From positions 114,826,001-114,890,000 of the forward strand of contig NW_024704742.1 in NCBI RefSeq assembly GCF_018977255.1: a DNA stretch of 64,000 nt, written 5' to 3'. Below are positions 1 through 12,705 of the stretch, piece by piece (position 1 is the stretch's first letter; each line of letters opens with the position of its first letter). Below the pieces are notes generated by a model. That model ran no database searches, was not told the origin of the DNA, and saw nothing but the letters and a program-made list of their open reading frames with translations. This DNA comes from Callorhinchus milii (Eukaryota). A program made the position numbers and the translations under genes.

Positions 1-599
1 ATATAAAGATAATTTCATAGCGGAAAGCACACATTATTACTCTTAATTGATCTGCCTTTTCTGTTTTATGGAAATGTTTGTACTCGTCTATGATTTGATT
101 TTAATGAAACAAAAAAGCATCAATTATTCTTCCCTGCAGTTTAAAAACCAATACGTGCCAATTTTGTAACTGCATTGTAAGCTTAGTCTATAGAAAGATA
201 AATATATTTCTATTGCAAAATTGATTTTGTTTTGAGAGTCAATTAACTAGAAAAACAAGTAATTCTGACAGAATATCCTCTGGCAGTGTTGCTAGAAATG
301 GTTTGGGAATCATTGAGAAGGCAGCTCCAAAATACTGAGAAGCAATAGAGCAAAGAAGCTTTACAATTGTGGAGTGAAGAATATACCACCAGCATTTTTA
401 CCTCTGGCTGTTTATGTTGAATATTTTCTTGTCATTTTTATCAAGTTTAACCATTCCCTACATGCCTTCATGATCTCATCCCATGGTCTATCGCTAAACC
501 TAAGGGAATTTTTTCCAATGATTGTTTTGGAGCATTTCAAATCCAAAGGGCAGATTTGTCCCCTGGTCCTGCACTGCAGCAGAACATCATGCCTGGTTT

Positions 600-709
600 T
601 GAAGTTCTTATTCTTAGGAAACACTACTTCAGTGAGTGAGTAGTAAACATATGGAACAGGCTCCCTCGGGAAACGGTGGAAGCAGAAAATGTAGTTTCTT
701 TCAAGACAG

Positions 710-742
<33 letters not shown>

Positions 743-880
743 ATAAGATTTCTGTTAAGAAACAATATCTTGGGATACAGTATACAGTTTGGGACATGAC
801 ATGTGCACATGACTGTTAGGATGGGGGAAGGCAAACTGGATGGACCTTGGTCTTGTTTCGCCTAGCAAGTTCTTATGATC
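600..880 (+). mobile_element. Old CR1 LINE 3' remnant interrupted by an (AAT)n tract
   Basis: Reads roughly KHYFSE*VVNIWNRLPRETVEAENVVSFK, typical of the CR1 ORF2 C-terminus. The 3' UTR motif ggatggaccttggtctt...cctagcaa recurs at about 26550 and 27380. Confidence 0.65.
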
Positions 881-1689
881 TATGTTAAGTTGTGTAAATC
901 AAATTGGAATCTTCCTTTTACATAACCAGTTTCATTGCCGGGCAGCAGGGTTAATACACTTAGATGTTATTCTGTTATTCTTCATCATGTTTTGCAGAAA
1001 CTCCTTAAAAATAAGGCCAGGCAAGATCACCCCAACTCCCACAATGGGCCTGGTCTTTTAAAAAAAAAGTTCAAAAATTTGCATTGATTTTTAGACTCAT
1101 CCTCCCTGGGGCATTTTGGAAAACAAAACCTAAATGAGGATTTCAAACAGATAAAATGATATTAAAAATATAATTAATTGGAACAGTCTGTACAAAAAGC
1201 AAAATGGCTCTGGAGGTTTACTTTTCAATCATCTACAAAATACACAGCCACTACACTTTACAGTAAACCCCGTGAAATGCTTTGAGACGTCCTTCCGATG
1301 TGAAAGGCAAATGCAAGGATAATTATTAATACCATAGTGAAGCTGGAAAGGACTTCTACTCCATCACCCTGCAGGAGGTGGCATAGTTAATCCACTTGAT
1401 CTCATCAGTGAGGTGCTGAGGTGGTTTATTGGGAATGGATATAGGGAGGAGTTGCAGGAGTGTGGAGCTCTTTGCTGAGCCACACAAACTAGGGTGAATG
1501 AGATTTGGAGGAATTGTAGACAACATTTCTCCTTATGGGATTGGGCATGAACTGCAGTGATGAGAAAGGTAGAAAACGAAAACAGACCTTCCAATTGATG
1601 TAGTGCTTTTCACATCACTAAGGACATCTCAAAATGCTTCACAGGATTTACCTTTTAGGCAACTGCAGCATCCAATGTATGCACAAAGA

Positions 1690-1948
1690 GCCATGAAGTG
1701 GGTGTTAAAGATCCCAATGACACTATTTGAAAGAAGTGGGAGTTTCTCCTGCTGTCCTGGCTAACAATCCCCCAAATAAAATTGGGTCTTTCACTTCATG
1801 GCTATTTGTGGGACATCGCACTAAGCAAATAGGCTCCTCATTTGCTTGCAAAATACCTAACCAATACACTTTACAGAAAAATCCTATGAAACATTGAGTT
1901 GTCTTGCTGACATGATAGGGGGTTATATTAAATGTAAGGATTATTATA
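1690..1948 (+). mobile_element. 5'-truncated Deu-domain (SacSINE1-like) SINE
   Basis: Contains gtgttaaagatccc...ggagtttctcctgctgtcctggctaac...ggctatttgtgggac and an ATT-repeat tail. Aligns by eye to the fuller copy at 27553. Confidence 0.7.
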
Positions 1949-2019
1949 GTCCCTCCTCTCTTGCAACAGTGTTTCAGGTGATTCCATACATAGCCTTTCT
2001 TGTTCTTTACATTAGTTTT

Positions 2020-2730
2020 GGATGCACACTCCACCTTACTAAGCCAGAACCTTGGTGTCTTGTTTGACCCTCAACTAACCTTTCTACCCCATGTCTGCGC
2101 CATGACCCACTTTGCCTTTTCCCACCTCCGCAACATCACCCAGTTCTGCCACTGTCTCACACGGCAGGCCACCGAAACCCTCATACACGACGGGTTCATT
2201 ACATTGAGGCTTAACTATGCCAACTCCTTGCTTGTCGGTCTCCCCAACTCCTCCCTCCACAGGCTGCAGATCATCCAGAACTCTGCAGCCCATGTCCTCT
2301 CGGGTTCCAGGCTCCGTGGTCCTATCATGCCCATCCTCGCCTGACTCCATTGGCTTCTCATCACACAGAGGATACAGTTCAAGATCCTAGTCCTCACCTT
2401 CAAAGCTCTCCATGGTCTTGCTCCTCCCTAGCTCTGCAACCTCCCTATCATCCTACCCGCTCCCTCCACTTAGCGGGCTTTGGCCTGCTTCATCTTTGGC
2501 GGCCGGGCCTTCTGCCACTCTGCCCCCACTCTCTGGAACTCCATCCTGTAATCCCTCACCCCCTCCCTTGCCTCCTTCAAGACCCATCTCAAGAAACCTC
2601 CTCTTCGACCTTGCTTTCAATCATCCTGATTCCCAACCCCCAGCTCGGGTCCGAAATTCTGATTGTCCAGCGCCTTGGGACGTCCTCCCAACGTGAAAGG
2701 CGCTATGCAAATGCAATTTTGTGTTGTTGT
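2020..2730 (+). mobile_element. L2 LINE 3' fragment (decayed ORF2 C-terminus plus tail)
   Basis: NLGVLFDPQLTF, LNYANSLLVGLP and LQIIQNSAA motifs. Tail cagcgccttgggacgtcctcccaacgtgaaaggcgc followed by (TTG)n. Confidence 0.9.
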
Positions 2731-3112
2731 AATCTGGTTATATAATAAAAACAACTTGCATTTATATGACACCTTTCACGTAAAAATAAACATCTTGAAG
2801 CTGCTGTAAAAAACATAAAGGATTAGAAATGAAAATATATGGTGTAGGACAAACGAAACATCAATTGCCTCAAAAACATGATGAGTCGCTAATTCATTTG
2901 AATCTGGATTAGGAAGGGAATATAAAACAGGATAACTGGGAGAAAGACTTAACATTTCTTTGACATGTGGTATCAATTTTATTTCCATTTGTGACATGAT
3001 AATTTTAGGTTCTTCTGCATCCTAAGGCAAAGAGAATCTAAGTTAAAAACACGCATAAAAATATGTTTATCTGCCCATCCCCCACTTGTTCCTACTTGAT
3101 ATATCCTGTAAC

Positions 3113-3367
3113 CCTAGGAACCCGCTTGTTAGTCAATTGGTGTATCGCTTTTCCAGGGGTAATAATTCCTTCAAAAATATAATAAATTGGTCACTCAATC
3201 CATGACTGTTTGTGGGACGCTGCTGTGCACAATTGGCCGCTGCTTTTCGCCCACAAAATATACAGTTAATTCACTTTACAGTATATTCTGTGAAGCACTT
3301 TGAGACGTCTCGAAGATGTGATAAGGCGCTATATCAAATGCAAGGATTATTATCAATATATTATTAT
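3113..3367 (+). mobile_element. 5'-truncated tRNA/CORE-like SINE, long variant
   Basis: Starts within the aggaacccg..ttgttagtcaattgg segment seen in the copies at 36247 and 50378. Ends in atcaaatgcaaggattatt. Confidence 0.85.
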
Positions 3368-3657
3368 TGTCTTTTCACTCTGATAAACCTTAATACTTAT
3401 ATTCTATCCATGCTTATTGGTAAGGCAGATATTATCACAAGGGCAAGGAGATTCAAATAAATATTAGAGTAATATACACACAATCACAATATTGTGATTC
3501 ACACAATCGCACAATTGCTGCACTAATTAACATTATGATACAACAACAGCAACTCACATGTGTTTACTGTAGCACCTTTCAATTTGGGGGTACGTCTCTG
3601 CAGCCCATGTCTTCTCCTGCACTAGGCTTCGTGGCCCTTTCGCCCCCATCCTGTTTT

Positions 3658-3870
3658 GAAGTCCTGTAGCTCAGTGGTTAGAGCACTCGCTTCGCAAACC
3701 AGAGATCTGGGTTCAATTCCCGGTAGGGCGAAACCTTGAGCAAGTTTCCTTACTCCACACACCTGATAATAATCCCTCAAGAAAAAAAAGCAATAACAAT
3801 TTGGTCACTCAATCCACGACTCTTTGTGGGACACTGCAGTGAGCAATTGGCTGCCGCGTTTCACCCACAA
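3658..3870 (+). mobile_element. tRNA-headed SINE, 3'-truncated
   Basis: A box TAGCTCAGTGG, B box GGTTCAATTCC, and body closely matching the other copies. Confidence 0.85.
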
Positions 3871-6800
3871 TGTCCTGTAGGGAGGAGTGGTTAAGACAGA
3901 ATTCATATTAGCTTTTAAAAGGAATCTAGATAGATACTTGGTTAGCAGAATGGCTACTTCACTTGCTGTTTACTTGGATCACAAATACAAAATACAGTGA
4001 CTACACTTTATAGTACATGCTTATCTTGAAGACATAAGGCGCTATATCAAATGCGAGAATTATTTTTATTATCATCAAAGCTATCAGAGGTTTCCAACCA
4101 GACCTCAATAGTTTGCTGGTTTATCAATGAGACTGCCACTCAGGCTGACATGTGGGCTAAATTCAGCAGCATGAACCACAACCTTCATGAAGAAGGGCTG
4201 TCAAACCTTTTTACCTTTGCTCATTAGCATACAATCCGACATAAATTACAGTGAAATGTATCATCCCAGGACTTCTAAGTGATGTTACGATGATAAAAAT
4301 AATACATATTTCTTCAGCCTTTCTGCACAGGATTAGCAGACAATGTCTCTTTAAACTGTGTTAAAAGATGGATTATGGACTGAAGCACATTTTCTGTGGA
4401 CAGTAATGAACAGATAAGTGTATGTTTAAACCGGCTTATAATGGATAATACAGTCTAGAGCGTGTCTCAAGGAAGCAACATATGGAGGGGTTGAGATAAT
4501 GTTATAAACCCTCCTACGGTTTACCATTCGTACCTTCTTTACGTATTACAACCTGAGAAACATTCTCTGGAACACCTTTTTTTTTTACACCATACATAAG
4601 ACTGAAATGATTTCTTACCCCATCACTGTACCAAGGTGCCTGAAGGCAAGCCTGTTAATGAACATGGTCCAGGTTCGCGCAGTCAGCAGATTCATGTGTA
4701 TGTAGGATGGGATTTAACCAACAGACATGTCAGGGCTAATTGAACTGCATCAAACAGAACAGCCTCATCCTTGTACAACACCCGATGATTTGTCACAAGG
4801 GAGAGAATTCTGTGAAAATAGACACTAGTGCATTACAATGTCCATCTGTGATTGTGGGCATTACTTATTGTAGTTACAGAGGGATTTCAATCATTTTCTC
4901 TTACTTGTGATAATAACTCTCAAGTTTCTGTTATATTACAAGATAAACAACATGACAGCCCTTTGTGTTTTTTTTCCCCTTGCTTCCCTCCTTTGGAAAG
5001 GTCACAAGCCCTGCAGGATCTAAAGGAGGGGAGGTTCCGACAGAGACCCTATGCAAGTTTGCTTACTGGTTGTTCTCACTGCTACAAGTCCTTCTTCTGC
5101 AGTTTAACATGGACATTCTCATCAGACATCACTGACCAACACATTTAACAAGTCTCTTGCCATTCAACAGCAGGAATCAGGTTATGTACTTTGGTTCTGG
5201 GCCAAGGCTGGTGCCATTTTGTGGTGAGGGAGGCAACTGACCATAATGACTGGACCAGCCAATAAGAAGCCTAACTTAAGAGGGTAAAATGTACTTTTTG
5301 CGGAGCCAGGCTCAAATACACCTTAAAACTGTAGAGGTTTAATGCTAAGAAGCATTTTTGTTATAATAATCCTTGAATTTGATAAAGCGCCTTTCATGTC
5401 AGCAGAATGTCCCAAAGCGCTTCATGTCTGATTTTCAGTAGCAGAAGCCTAAAATTTCACCTGGTCTTAGCTTGTAAGACCATTTGATCTTAAAACTTAA
5501 GATATCGTAGAATTGTAGGAAATTCTCAAAGTCAGCATCAAGTTTAGCCTCAAGTTTTAAGACAAAATAGGCTCTGACGAAGTGGAACTTCAGGTCTGGG
5601 GTGAAGACAAGTTGTGCTAGGATGACCCCGGTGACCAAATAGACCAAAATAGTTGTGCTCACACAAAGCACATTTGACAGGGTGAGATACGAGAGAGTGG
5701 TTGCCACTGATGGAACGCTGCACAAAGCCCACCCAGCATTCAATACTGCTGGCACAAAAGGCAGAGGGGGAAACAGCAATAAAAGACATACGGAAACTAT
5801 AGTTTGTGACTGCACAAGAAATAAATTACAAAGCACAAAGAAAATTTTTTACAATTTATTTTGTTTGGTTTACAAAACATCTCATAAGTTCTGAACTGTT
5901 TTTATGCATTAGGTTACATTTTCAAGAGGAACAGCTTTCAAGTAGTCATAGGAATTTTCTCACTGATGGCGGGTTCCATACAGAACAAATGATGTGAAAT
6001 GTTTATTTAAAAAACAGCTTGCTCTCAGTTAAAAGACTAGCCATCATTTGTTTTACAAAATACAGTGATATATTTGGACAATGCTCTAAGTTTTTGTCAA
6101 TAATTAATTTCAGGGGGAGAAAAAAGTACACCCTTGTCCAATGTCAAGACATTTAGAAATGGCTTAGGCATATAAGCCACTGCAAAAAACCTCTGCATTT
6201 TTTTCAAAAAAACGTGCAAAATGCAATTTCTCAACTCATTGACTAAATTCAGTAGTGATCGCGTTCAGTATTGAGTGACTACAGTATTTTACAAACCAGG
6301 CTGAATGCTGTGCAAAATGATCAATGATTACATGATTCAGAACTTCCTTGCAAAATGCATAAAGGAGGGAAACCAGCAAAAGCAGAGGCTAAAGTGTAAA
6401 AGCACATCACCATCACCCTAATAAACAGTGCAAGTAAAACACCATCATTGGCATTCAATTACAGCCAGCAGGACATTACCGTTCTCCCACAGCTAAACAT
6501 AAAATCAAAGTATCACATAATTGCATTTGTTTAAATAAAAGGTAACATTTATTCATTGTCCGCCACCCAGCCTCTCAATTTTTTTCCTTTGTCTATGTTC
6601 CAGACTTCAATGAAGGATTTAATTTTCTTCCTAAAAAGAAAGAATAATAATAGGGTGACACATGATACACACAGCATGAAGAGTTGGCTGTAATTTATAT
6701 GACAAGCACAATTGAAGTGCCAAGTTTTTCATATCTAATTATATATCATTCCTTGCGACCAAACTTCAAAGCTGACAATAAAGTGGGAAGAATGTCTGAT

Positions 6801-9099
6801 TGTCTTAATGGTTTCAGAACCATAAATATGTTGAAATATTCACAGAGTAAACATGGATAGTTTACTCAAACTATCGACCTGGGAATCACACCTTAAGACC
6901 ATTTATCATAAAATGCAAGATTGCACAGGATTTAAATTCATCTAGTTAAGAAGTTTGAGAAATTTGAAGCAGGCTGGTGAGAACTGTCTAAAACTGACTT
7001 CCGAATTATGAGTGCATTTAAGAACCCTCCAAAGTTCTGCACAATCTTAATTTTAAGGCCACTGTTTTAATGTTTTAATGTCAGACAAATTGTCAATCAA
7101 TCCATCACAGTTACTGTTAGTTTGTCAACAAGGACTCTTAAGAGGCAATTCTTTGATCCTCAGTAAATTTACAGACTTTGGTGGTGAGTTTACAGTTCAA
7201 TTTTGAACTTATCTTATAATTTCCCATTATAAGGTCCATAACCTACAAATCAGTGGAGAATACAATATTCTTACTAGCCAAGATCAGTAAATATACTAAC
7301 AATTGGGAATTACCTCCTTAATCTCTGTGTTTACCCCGTGCTGCAGCAGAAGACCTGCAGCACATGAGCTAGAGGTTGATCGACAGCCTGGAATATTTTG
7401 TTTTTAGTGACAAGGTAGAAAAACAAGCGGGCACAGGTTCAGGTTCATGAAAGACAAGTTCACAACAGATACCACAAAGTATTTCTTCATACAGAAGGTA
7501 ATTAACAATATGTATAGATTGCAAGGAAGGCCTGGACACTAGACTCATTTCAGAAAAAGATTGATGCTGTTATCGGAAGCTAGTATCTATACTGATTAGA
7601 TTAGATCAATTTGAGTCTCTTGTAATCTAGAGTTCTCTGTACTGCACTTTCACAAGTTCAAAGATCTGTTGAAATTAGTTTTCCAACTTCTACCTTCAGT
7701 TCCTAATTAAACTCATGGTACAACCAGAACAATAATAATAATAAACCTTGCATTTGATATAGTGTCTTATCACGTCTTTAAAACATCTCAAAGCGCTTCG
7801 CAGAATATATTGTAAAGTGAATTGACAATATATTGTAAAGTGAATTTTGTGGGTGAAATAAAATATACAATCAATGAAATTATCTCCAGAACATTTGTTC
7901 ATGTGGTTTACTTAATATCTGGGCATCATAACCAAAATATACAAGTTACGTTTTTGGTGACACTTTATTTTTACACTTAGGCACGTTGTAGTTGGAGTAC
8001 TTTGAAAAAAAAGCCTAGTGTTTCATGTCCACTTCAGCAAGCAGATGGGACTTCAGTTTAACATCTTATCTGAGAGGTGGCACCTGACAATGCAGTGTTT
8101 CCCCAATACTGCACTGAAATATCAGACGAGATGAGCTTAAGTGAACCCACAACCTTCTGTCCGAAATGTGATAGTGCTCCACTTTAAAAGGATAAGTGAT
8201 AGGTTTTATTGGAATTTATTGGGTTGAAAGAGAAGCCAAGGTCCTTGACAGTCTCAATGCACCTACATCTATTAAAAGACAGTGTTTCAACAACTGAAAT
8301 AGGCTTTGGCAGAACATATTAAATGACAGTTTGAGCTCTTGAAAAGAAAACAATATACAAGAAAAAGGTTAGCATGGAATTAAAACAGTTAACAAGGTTG
8401 TGTGCTTCAGATCTTATTACAAAGGTTCACGATCTGTTGAAAGCCATGTCTCCTGCTCTGTGCTCACACAGTGTGTGAAAAGGCACAACAGTGACAATGT
8501 TCTTACAGTTGTGTACAAGTGGGCTCTGCATCCATTTATCATCAATAAATACTACCGTGCTATTAACTCGCACACAAAAATGTCCAAACCTATTTACTAA
8601 ACACAGCAGCTTTACAACAGTTAATTCACGATAATTCTCCTTGTCATGCTCTTGCTTTGACTCTCAACTGCCCTCCTGAGTGTCACTATGATGTGATCTT
8701 AGGAGAAAGAAAAACACACAACCAGATGGCAAACTATTTTTGTCATAGTGCAGCTTGTTCTGCAAAATCAAATGGGTTTACATAACAGAAAAACAAGAAA
8801 AATCTAATTACATTCTTTGTAACGATCAATCCCACATAAAGAGCATTTGCAAGCAGCCACTAAATCTGGGCACAAATCGTCAGAGCCTAGGAGGTGTTCA
8901 AAATGGATGAACACAACATATGGTTGTGGGTTCGAAACACTGTCCTTTTAGACGAGGTGTTAGAAAAATGTGAATATTTGTATCGCTTTATCACAGGCAC
9001 GATACTAAAAGGGAGACTTCAAAGGGCTCAGGTTTGTAGGTTTGTCGTGTTATTTGTTTTGAGCTTTGCTTATTTTTTTTGTTTGCTTATTTTTTTTGT

Positions 9100-9548
9100 T
9101 TTGCGTATTTATCTAAACCAAACAGAGCTACATGCCTGTCACTTGCACATGTATGAAATTTCCGTGTTTAGAATGGAATGTGCACTCTACCCCTGGAGGG
9201 ATGAACCCTGCTTACCTAATTCCGGAGAGTATTAGGCACAGGGTGGCAAGAGCTTGGGGACCCTGATGTGTGCTTTGCGGTTGTCTAACCAGCTAAAACC
9301 AGCATTTTGGGGGGTTGGGGGCCAGCCAGGTGTCTAAGAAACATGCGGAAACCCATTACCATGCTTAAGAGTATTCAATCCAGGCTGAGAATTCCAGAGA
9401 TAGATTGTTGGAATGGAAGGCACACTCTCTTCCTGGAGGGATGCCTTCTGCTGGACTAATTCCGAAAAGTATTAGGTGCGGGAGGCCAAAGCTTGAGGAC
9501 CTCAGAGTGTGCACTGGGGAACTGCTGGAGTCTAACCAGCTAAAACCA
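9100..9548 (+). repeat. Two tandem copies of an unclassified ~250-bp interspersed repeat
   Basis: Shared motifs ggaatggaa..gcactct..cctggaggga, cctaattccg..agtattagg and tctaaccagctaaaacc. Further copies at about 30530, 54800, 56605 and 62452. Confidence 0.85.
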
Positions 9549-9559
9549 TTGATATCGCT

Positions 9560-9820
9560 GTCAGGCAAGCTTTCCCACTTCTTGTCCAGCTGGGACCACC
9601 CTACCCGTTAGACGGCAGCCACTATGCCCCAAATGTCTCGAACTCCTTCCCTCGATCCCTCTGCCTTGGCCCCTCTGCCCATCTTCAAATCCCACCTCTT
9701 CAACCATGCCTTCAACCACCTCCATCCCCTTTCTGGATCGGGATCGAGCCACACTGCTGTTAAGTGCTCCGTGATGTTATTCGCATGAAGGTCACTATAT
9801 AAATACAAGTTGTTGTTGTT
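9560..9820 (+). mobile_element. L2 3' end (second tail type)
   Basis: cactatgccccaaa..gaactcc..ttcaaatcccacctcttc, then tail ctatataaatacaag(ttg)n. Confidence 0.7.
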
Positions 9821-10139
9821 GAAAAGCAGACAGAGCCTTGGTTTAACATCTCATCTGAAATAGCACTACACTCAAGTGTCAGACTACAGTATGAGCTGTA
9901 AGTCCCAATATGGGCCTTGAATTCACAACTTTCTGACTCAACTCCAACTGAGCCAGATTTGTACCTAATAAGGCCATAAGATCGGTTTTCAGATGAAGAT
10001 GGTTCTTCTGATCTCATCCCTTCCAAAAGACGCATTCTTACCACCCTCTCATCATGGCATCAAACTCCTAGCCTCAATCACCCTTTCTGGCGACCAGCTA
10101 CAGTGTTTACAACAACAACAAATTTATATTTGTACAGCA

Positions 10140-10390
10140 ATTACACTTTTGATTAAAGAAAAACATTCCGGCCTCTCTCCTGAAATTGCCCTTCATAACT
10201 CCAAACCCATGTCCTCTTGTGCTACTTTCCTGGTGCATTCTGAAATATTGGTCTGGGTTTACTTTTTCAATTCCATTTAAAATGTTAGACATCTCTATGT
10301 GGCTCCTCTGAGTGACCTTCTCTCAAAAATAAAGAGCCCTAGCTTGTTTAATTGTTCTCATAGCTCATTCCTCTAACACTGGGGATCATC
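10140..10390 (-). mobile_element. CR1 LINE 3' fragment
   Basis: Reverse translation contains STRGHGFG..KGNFRREAGMFFFNQ, matching the CR1 ORF2 TRGH motif. Confidence 0.7.
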
Positions 10391-11779
10391 AGATGAATCG
10401 CAAATAATTGGACTTTCTGTAATAAACTAAGCATCCTATTTGCTTCAGATTCATTCTGTTTACCTACAAAACTGAACCTATAATCATATAGAACAAGGCA
10501 ATAGTCGCAGTACACTTATTTTGTACCATTGTATCTCTGAAACTAGGACATTTTATTCTATGGCAACATACACTAAGCAGTAAACTGGCAGTTCACCAGA
10601 AGAGAAAATTTAAAGCAAATACTTATATTTATTACCATATAAGTAAATTCTATGAAGCACTTTGAGACTTCTTTCCAACGTGAAAGGAACTATATCATAA
10701 TAATACTTGTGTTTGATATAGCGTGTTATAATGATCTATAGACACGAATATACAATTTAAAAGTTGTGTTATGACTCCCTGGACTATTCACTCCAACAAG
10801 GTAAATGGTATTCTTCACTGATGATTAGCTTTTCCATTGTTCTGAAAAATTGTGCTTTTTCAAAGAAACATTTGCAAATGCAGCTCATTCCCATCAAAAA
10901 AACACTTCACATAATTGCTTGTTCTGATGTGTAGTGACTGTTGATATACAGGCAAATGTAACAACTAATCTGCATCAAGAACAAGACTGAAAAAGTGTAA
11001 ATGACCGCTGGAAACAAAACCTCCGTCTGCTACATGGATCACCTCTACCATAGATCCATAGAAAATTACAGCACAGAAGAAAATCATAAGCCCATCATAT
11101 ATGTACAGAAAGATCTCACTGATCTACCATTTCCCCATACCACTGCAAATTACTACTTTTGAGATATCTATCCAGTTCCCTTTTACAATCTAACGTGGAT
11201 CCTACCTCGACCACTGTACCAGACAGGGCATTCCACAGACAAATACCTTGGTGTGTATAAAAATCTCCCTCCTCTCCCTTTGCTAATTATGTGAAAGTGA
11301 TGCCTCTGGTCAATGACTCTCTGACCAGTGGAAATAATTTCTTATTATAATAATTTCTATCGACTTTTATCAAAACTCCCCATAATTAGACATTAGACAG
11401 AATCACAAAACTCTGGCTCTGATGAAATCTGAGATCTTGTGATGTACAGGGGATTCTCTGCTCAAAATAATTGACGTTGAGAGGCATATTTTCCTGCAAT
11501 CAAACATCACTGCTACAGCACATAGTTTTTTAACCTCCTCATTGTATAAATATCAACGAAATGAATGAGATTGTATTTTTGCTGAATATGAATGAGAAAG
11601 AAATACTGGCAAGGACCAATTGACTGTTAACATAAACCTGAATCATCAGAGCAGGAAAATGGGAGATGGGACCTTGATTGTATGTCTCATCCAAAGGACC
11701 ACACCACAATAATTCAGCGATCCCTCAAGTTCTGCATCTGGAACATCAGCCTAGGCTATACTCCCCATCAAAAAATCAT

Positions 11780-12180
11780 AGAAAGTTCCATCCCAGAAGA
11801 AGATCTTTCAGCTCATTATGTCTGCGCTGGCTCTTTTACAGAGCAATCTTTTCAGTCCCATTTACCTCCCTTTTATTTTAGGTATCCATCTAGATTCCTT
11901 TTGAAAGCTAATATGGATTCTGCCACAACCACTGCTCCCAGCAGGGCATTCCATATCCTAACTACATTGTGTGTGAAACAAATTCTCCCAACCTCCCCAT
12001 TTGTTCGCTTGAATTGATGCCTTCTAGTCACTGGTTCACTAACAAGTTCCTCCAGGTTCTGATCTTAGGCCTAAACCACTCATCCCCGATATCACCTAGT
12101 AAATTTACCCTTTCTATTGCCTTGTTGTCCTCCTAAAGTGGGCTGACCAATACTAACACAATATTCTAAACATCTTCTGA
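11780..12180 (-). mobile_element. CR1 LINE 3' fragment
   Basis: On the plus strand: catagaaagt.., ggcagggcattccatatcctaactacattgtgtgtgaaa. This is the reverse of FTQ.VVRIWNALP. Confidence 0.7.
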
Positions 12181-12279
12181 CCCAGAGAAGAGAATGCCAA
12201 TAATTCAACCATACACACTACAGCACTGTCACCTCAGCATACGCTTATTATCTTGGTAATTCTCGGGTACTTTCCACTA

Positions 12280-12705
12280 TCCTTTTTCACACAAGGAGTA
12301 GTGGAAATCTGGAACTCTCTCCCCCAAAAGGCTGTGGTGCTAGATCTATTCAAATTTTCAAGGCTGAGGTGAGTAGATTTTTGTTGGGTATGGGTATCAA
12401 GGGACGTGGGCAAAGGTGGGTAATAGGAGTTGAGGTACAGATCAGCCATGATCTAATCGCTCCCTCAACCCTTTTCCCCTTCCCTCAATCCCTTCGCCAT
12501 CTTCAAGTTGTGCCTGAAGACCTTCCTTTTCGACTGCGCCTACGGTCACCTTCTCCCTCCCCCGGGCTCAACCTTGGGCTTCACCATTGTTAAGCGTTCT
12601 GAGACGCCGCCCAGCGTGAAGGGTGCTATATAAGGGCAAGTTGTTGTTGTAATAGAATGGCGGAACAGACTCGAGGGACTGAATGCCTATTACTGTTCCT
12701 ATGGT
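12280..12705 (+). mobile_element. CR1 3' end split by a short L2 3'-end insertion (L2 at 12458-12650)
   Basis: FFTQGVVEIWNSLPQKAV and UTR gatcagccatgatctaat, then the L2 tail, then aatagaatggcggaacag. An uninterrupted version of this UTR is at 25440-25515. Confidence 0.85.

Noticed and set aside
412..834. 140-aa minus-strand ORF
   Set aside because: Largely antisense to a CR1 remnant and an (AAT)n tract. Only 499-412 is kept, as a weak alternative terminal exon.
3658..3730. tRNA gene calls at this and similar heads (20966, 36247, 43160, 59011, 60357, 63921)
   Set aside because: Each continues directly into SINE body sequence, and the anticodon varies between copies.
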